Positions 58,371-64,000 of a stretch of DNA of 64,000 nucleotides are shown piece by piece; the stretch's first letter is position 1, and each line of letters opens with the position of its first letter. The stretch covers positions 7,984,635 through 8,048,634 of the forward strand of contig CM119263.1 of the NCBI GenBank assembly GCA_051294375.1. Reading direction: 5' to 3'. The position numbers and the translations under genes were made by a program. The notes under the pieces are model-generated. The model searched no databases. It was not told where the DNA came from and saw nothing but the letters and a program-made list of their open reading frames with translations. Origin of the DNA: Paraspadella gotoi (lineage: Eukaryota; Animalia; Chaetognatha).

Positions 58371-61300
58371 TCAAGAGTCTCCACGACGCAGAAACTCTTT
58401 GACGTTCTCGTTTTCGTCCAGGCCTTCGAACTCTTCGTCCGCCGTCGGCTCCTCCAGCACGATCTTCGGCACACTCGTCCAACCGCTCGTCGACGCTGCC
58501 GTCGAACCTCGGAAGCGAGAAGCGTCTTCAGTCGAGGCAGCGTAGCTGCAGTCTGCCGGCGTTGCGGAGGCATTGGCTGCGGCGGCCTTGGTTGAGAAGC
58601 AGCGCTGCGAAAAAATAATTTTTACATTGTTTTGAGTCGTATACTTCAAAACTCAAAAACAAATTCAAATCTTTATATTCGAGTTAACTCATTATAAAAA
58701 TTATCTGCGTAAGTATCCATTTTATTTAATTCTGAATCATAAAAAGTTAAAAAAGACTCAACAGCATCTCCATTGAGAAAAATTATGACAGCGGATCTCT
58801 TCTTACCTCGATGCATCGGATTGGAAAAAATATGGCGCACTGATGGCCATCAACGATCAGGCGAAGTAAAATGTGGCGTTGTAATTTTGGTGAGATGTCG
58901 TAAACGAATCCTGCCGAACGAGAAAACAGAATCAAACTTTTTTGGTGAAAGTTATTTTCAGTAATCTTTTACTATAAAAATTAGATTTACGAGTCACAAA
59001 GTGTAAGTATTTAATTTTCTTAGTGATTTTTTTCCCAAATCTCACACTGGCACTCCAGCCAATTCTCCCTCACCAGCCATAGGGGCTCCGATAATTGTGG
59101 CGATGCCCTGGAACAACGAAAGCAGGCCAAACGAACTGGCCAATCTTTCCAGACCCAAAATGTCAGCCAGAATCGGGGTTCGAAGAGAGATAAAGATGGC
59201 TGTCAAAAACAAACCCGGGAAAAAGTGGGAAAAAAATTAAGAATATTTTTGTTTTTTATAGAAAAAACCTAACTAACATAATCTAATATTAATAATATAG
59301 AATAACTCAACCCTGATAAGAATGAACAAGAACTGAAATTATGTTAACTGCACGCCAAACTATAATTGCTATAACCCCGCATAACGACTTTCTAGCAACA
59401 AGGGAACCTGCAAAAGAAATTGATAAAGGGGTCCGAAATTTCTTAGCACGGCCCTGAGATTCAAAAGACCGTAATTACCTATGCACAACCCGAACACGAC
59501 TCCGTAAATGATTAAACTGACGTAAGTCGTGCAGAATGGAACCAAAATGGTAGCCACGCCCCCTGGAAACAAAAGAAGCAGAATCTGACGTCGTTGATAG
59601 CGAGTGGACAATGAGATGTCGCTTTTATGTACTTATTTTTTTATGTTTTTCATATATTTGATAAATTAATTGACCGATAAAGAGGGCAGCGCTGTTGAAG
59701 TAGAGTTTATCGGTGCAGGGAAGATCGGCGATGAATCCTGAGCCGATTCGGCCAACAGTGTTTGCTATTCCCATCACCTGAAGCGTCGAGTTTCGATGGA
59801 TTAATTATTAAACATTTTTTTAAAGGTTTTTAACGTCCCAAAAACTTTCTCATAAAGGCCGAATTAATTCTTGCTGGTAAAGATTTTAACCTGAATGATA
59901 AAATCTCCTTCGGCTTTACCCAGATTAATTTCCCCGGCGTAACTCGGAACGTAGAAAAAAGGGATGAAAAATCCTNNNNNNNNNNNNNNNNNNNNNNNNN
60001 TCATCAGCGAACGAAGTTTTAATATTAATAATTAATTATATTAACATTAAGGACTAATTTCCTGCATTTTCAACCGACTACTTCCTTCTCACACGGACCG
60101 TCATGCTTAGAAAGCTGGAGACGCAAATGATGCAGAAGACCGGACTCTTTGAACAGCGTCCACGGTCCATACATGATCATCAATGTCGCGTTAAGGCGTT
60201 CGACATCAGGGCCGCAGAAAGTCCGGGTTGAGCCGTGACTTGAAAAACGTGAGTAATTCTGCAAAGAAATTCGTCGCTACCATTCAAATTGGGATTCCTG
60301 TATCGAAGAGAGCCTGACTGAACAATAGGTCAATTCTGGCAAAATTCGTCCATTCAAATTGGGATTCCTGTATAATCAAAGAGAGCTGACTGAAAACACG
60401 TAATACATGCACAAAATTCCAATTCTAAAATTGCATTCAACAACAAGAGAGCGAGAAAAAGAAAACTCGTAAGCCCAGGCATTAAGCTACATCCTTTAAT
60501 CTCACATTCAAAAGAACAGAGGCGAAATCTCGTGAGGCAGCCTATAAGTCCGCCCTAATCCATTAGCGCCTGGGACCGCATGAGTTGAGGGACATCGATT
60601 GCTGACAGATCGTCTGGTGACGTCCCTTGACTCCCTGTAAGGGGAGTTCCTACGCTAGGAATTGATGATGGCTCCCCGACGAAGTAGAGTTCGCGACGGG
60701 ATGGTGACTCGAGACGCATCCTCGACAGATAGAAATTGAAGGGTAGTCCTAAGAGAGATTAGAAAATTGTAGTAGTAGCCTGATGCAGAATTTGGACCCC
60801 CGCAGGTAGTTGATGAGACATGATCCTAAGTAGAGCGCTAAGTGAAAGATAGAAATTGAGGTTAGTCTGCAAGCAATGAATTGCGGTACATTGGAGAGAG
60901 ATGTAGAAATTGAGGTAATAGTTGTAATGAGCATAAATAGAACATTGAGGTAGGTTGAAGAGAATTTAGAAAATTTTCGTAAGTGCTAAAGGAAGATAAT
61001 GAGAGTTGAGAGATTAAGAAATTGAAGGTAGTTCGAATAGATTAGAAATTGGAGAGTTGAGCAGGAGTATTAGAAAAAGAGGGATGACTTTTTAAAATAT
61101 ATGTTGATTTCCCTCTTCAGGCCGCAGGGCATATCTATTATAAATCTAGGGGAAACAAGAATCGCCTAATTCGTTATTAAAAAAGGTAAAAATACATCAC
61201 GTCTAGGATGTTTCAATTAGGTACATTGCGTTTTTGTTCTTAGGTTAGTAAAAGTCATTAATGATAGAATATCCAGCAAAAAAAAAAAAAAAAAGAGTTT

Positions 61301-61700
61301 GGTTTAACTGAGATGATGAAAAATAGGATATGGCAATAAGATTTAAAATTTAAGAAAAATGGTTCAAATTATAAAAAGGTTGCGTCTTTTTCAAAGAGAT
61401 GTCGTCTACCCTCTGCTTCGTCGTCAGATCGCCGCCTCCGACATTTGCGCGACACCCAATGACTTTCGCTCACTGACTCGTCCCCAGTCTTCGTCAACGC
61501 CTCCGCCGCCGTCGCGCCCACGCCTCGCGCACGCCGCCCCCGCCAACCGTCCCTCGATTCCCAGGGATTCCCCTAGAAAAATCCCGTCGGGTCGTGCTTC
61601 GAGGCGGCGTGGGTTGGAAAGACGTTTGTGGCGACGAGTGATGTCCCAGCTTCGGAGATTTTTTGAATCTCCTCGTCGACTGATGTTTCTGGAAATCGAT
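58371..61700 (-). CDS. Monocarboxylate transporter (SLC16/MCT-like), C-terminal half; upstream exons are error-ridden
   Basis: Clean exons give GFFIPFFYVP, MGIANTVGRIGSGFIAD, GGVATILVPF and ILADILGLERLASSFGLLSLFQGIATIIGAPMAG. Frameshifted remnants lie at ~60090-60170 (LFK.PVFCIICVSSFLSM) and ~60570-60720 (SGSIIN-like loop motif). Confidence 0.85.
59976..60000. other. 25-N assembly gap (other gaps: 399-408, 48541-48556, 52739-52751, 57787-57977)
   Basis: Read directly from the sequence. Confidence 0.99.
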
Positions 61701-64000
61701 GACATGATGGAGAGGGTGAGAGAGAAGAGAGGAAGAGAGAAGAGAGAGAAAGAACGAATTACTGGAAATACTATGATCAGCTATTTTTTTAATCTATGTG
61801 GCACCTCCTGCTTTTGATATCTTGATCCATGATTTGTTGGAACCCGGTCGGATTGCTGGCGCGAGCTCTGCAGTGAGCCAAGAAACGAGTGTAACCATAA
61901 TAAGCCAAATTAGGTGAAATTTTGGAAAATATCCGATGATAATTAATCATTTGTCGCGTGGTATATTCACACCATCACACGTTCCATCGCCGTTCAGCCC
62001 AATACCTAGTTTGCTTCATGAGGGGGAACACAACCATCCCAGGCGTCCGTGTTTTCATCCACAGTCCTAACGATTCATCTACGTTGGCAAAGCGCAACCG
62101 TCCTGGGTACCGCGTTACTGAGGGTCGGAAGCCTCGAGTGACGGCTGTTGCCATCATATTCATTAATTAATCATGCTATAAAAAGTTATTGCAAATTTTT
62201 GGATGGGTTTTTTTTTTTTCCAAATAAAGAATATAGGATTGACCAAAAAACTTTACTACCGCGTAATTGGTTGATCCAGAGATTTGTTCGATTTTTTTAA
62301 AATTAAGAAATTGGCCTTGATTGACCTGATTCAGCTGAAAAAGCATTAGTGAATAAGAATTTGGGGGAAAAATGGAATGAAAGAAAAAAAGGTTATTATG
62401 AATATTATCATTTTGTTTATTAAGCTATTTTTTCAGTCACCACGTTTTTGTCGTTGGTTATCAATAACTCACCCCACGTAAGGTTTTTCGATCGTTGCCA
62501 CCGTATCTCTCCCAGTTGATCGCGTTGACTTCGCTAACACTTACACCAGCAAGCGTGAAACGTTCGGTTGAGCCGAATTCCCCCCGACTGAGTTGCCCTG
62601 ACCCGCTCCCTGCCCTGCCGGGGAAATTAGATGGTTCCTTGAATCGAGAAGCCCGAGGAAAGAAGAGAGACAGACCCGACTTACGACCGTATTACACCGA
62701 GGAATGTCTCCACTGGGGATTTTTTATGATTCTTTTTTTTATTGAACAGATAGACAACCACCAGATATAAAACAAAAAAGCATAATCGCAAACCAAGTAG
62801 TGCGACTCGTCAGACCGACGCCGAGACCACCAAACACGGTGAAACAATCTAAACATAAGTTAATCGAGTCAAACGCGGATCACTTGGAAGAGATCGGGGC
62901 AGTGCCGGATCGAAACCTTCACATGTAATGTTGAAGTTTATTAGAATAACAAACGACAAATAACAACACGTATAGATCCACTGAGGATATTACAAAAAAA
63001 AATAAGTAAAAGAAAAAATACGGTAAGATAACATCTTGAAACTGACAAAAATAATTACATACAAAAAATGATAATATTCATAATAACCTTTTCATTCAAT
63101 TCCCATTTATTACCCACCCATTTCCTATTCACATAAATTGTTATCACTGACACTCCAATCATAGATAGGCCAATGCTTAATTTTAAAATCGAACAAATTC
63201 TCTGGATCAAACCAATCTTCAAGGTAGTAGTTTTTGTGTCAATCCTATAATATCCTTTCATCTTTTGGAGAATAAAACCCCAAAATTGCAAACTTTTTAG
63301 CAGATTAATAATTACATGAATAATGGGATGGCAACAGCCGTCAACTGAGGGCTAATCCGACCCTCAGTAAACTGCGAGTTACTACTGAGGACGTGCGCTT
63401 GCACAATCGTAAGAGTGAAGTCGTAGGACTGTGCGAATGCTAACACGACGCCTGGGAATGAAGTGCTTGTTTCCCCCTATGAGCCAATAGTATTGTGGCC
63501 TGAACGCAGCATGGACGTGACGGTGGTGTGAATATTACCCACCACAATGATTAATTATCATTCGATAATTTTCAAAATCATTATTTTGCTTATTATGCGT
63601 TTACACTTCTCTTTCTTGCTCTACGCAGAGCTCCCGCCAAGAGCAACTCGGACCGGGTATCCAACAAATCATTGCGATCAATATCAAAACCGAAGGGTGG
63701 CCACAATAGATTAAAAAATAATAGGTCCTGATCAATTTATTCAGTTAATTCGTTCTTTCTCTCTTTTCTCTCTTTCTCTTTCCTCCTCTCTCTCCAATCC
63801 CTCTCCATCATGTTCATCGATTTCAACATTCATCAGTCGACGAGGAGATTTCAAAATCTCCGATAGTGGACATCCACTCGTGGCCACAACGTCTCCAACC
63901 ACGACGCCCTCGAAGCACCGACCCGCGATTTTCGGGGAATCCTCGGGAGAACCGTTGGCGGCGCGGCTGATGGCGCGACGCGCGGCAAGGGATAGGTGGC
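61500..64000. repeat. Large indel-rich inverted duplication (arms ~61500-62540 and ~62860-64000), probably an assembly/read artefact
   Basis: Example matches: GACGGCTGTTGCCAT (62141) vs ATGGCAACAGCCGTC (63328), and GATCCAGAGATTTGTTCGATT vs AATCGAACAAATTCTCTGGATC. Differences are dominated by 1-2-nt indels. Confidence 0.85.
61797..62158. mobile_element. Possible longer relative of the Pol III-box element family (noisy sequence)
   Basis: Begins TGTGGCA and ends TGTTGCCAT. Contains ACTGAGGGTCGGAAGCC (shared with copies 1 and 3) and an inverted TGGCTCA...GGGTTC tRNA-like head at ~61838-61882. Confidence 0.45.

Overview
This is a eukaryotic (invertebrate animal) genomic window with short AT-rich GT-AG introns, GC-rich exons, many microsatellites and several N-gaps. 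Eight intron-split genes can be reconstructed by hand. In order: an IQCD/DRC10-like 3' part (+); an arylsulfatase B-like gene (-) with a complete Tret1/GLUT8-like sugar porter nested antisense in its first intron; kynurenine 3-monooxygenase (-); a ~17 kb RGS22-like multi-RGS gene (-); a divergent DH44/CRF-receptor-like class B GPCR (+); SQSTM1/p62 (+); an S1 serine protease (-); and a monocarboxylate transporter (-). The most striking non-genic signals are four. (1) A family of 180-260 bp mobile elements has integrase-type ends (TGT...ATA/ACA, 4-bp target-site duplications) and an internal tRNA-type Pol III promoter. (2) A 54-bp tandem array at the p62 exon1/intron1 junction reads, in every unit, as a 44-46-nt intron plus an in-frame 9-nt micro-exon. 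(3) An intron contains an array of CTCF-like motifs. (4) The last ~4 kb looks like an error-rich long-read gap fill containing a fold-back artefact. All calls come from reading the sequence by hand; no database searches were run.
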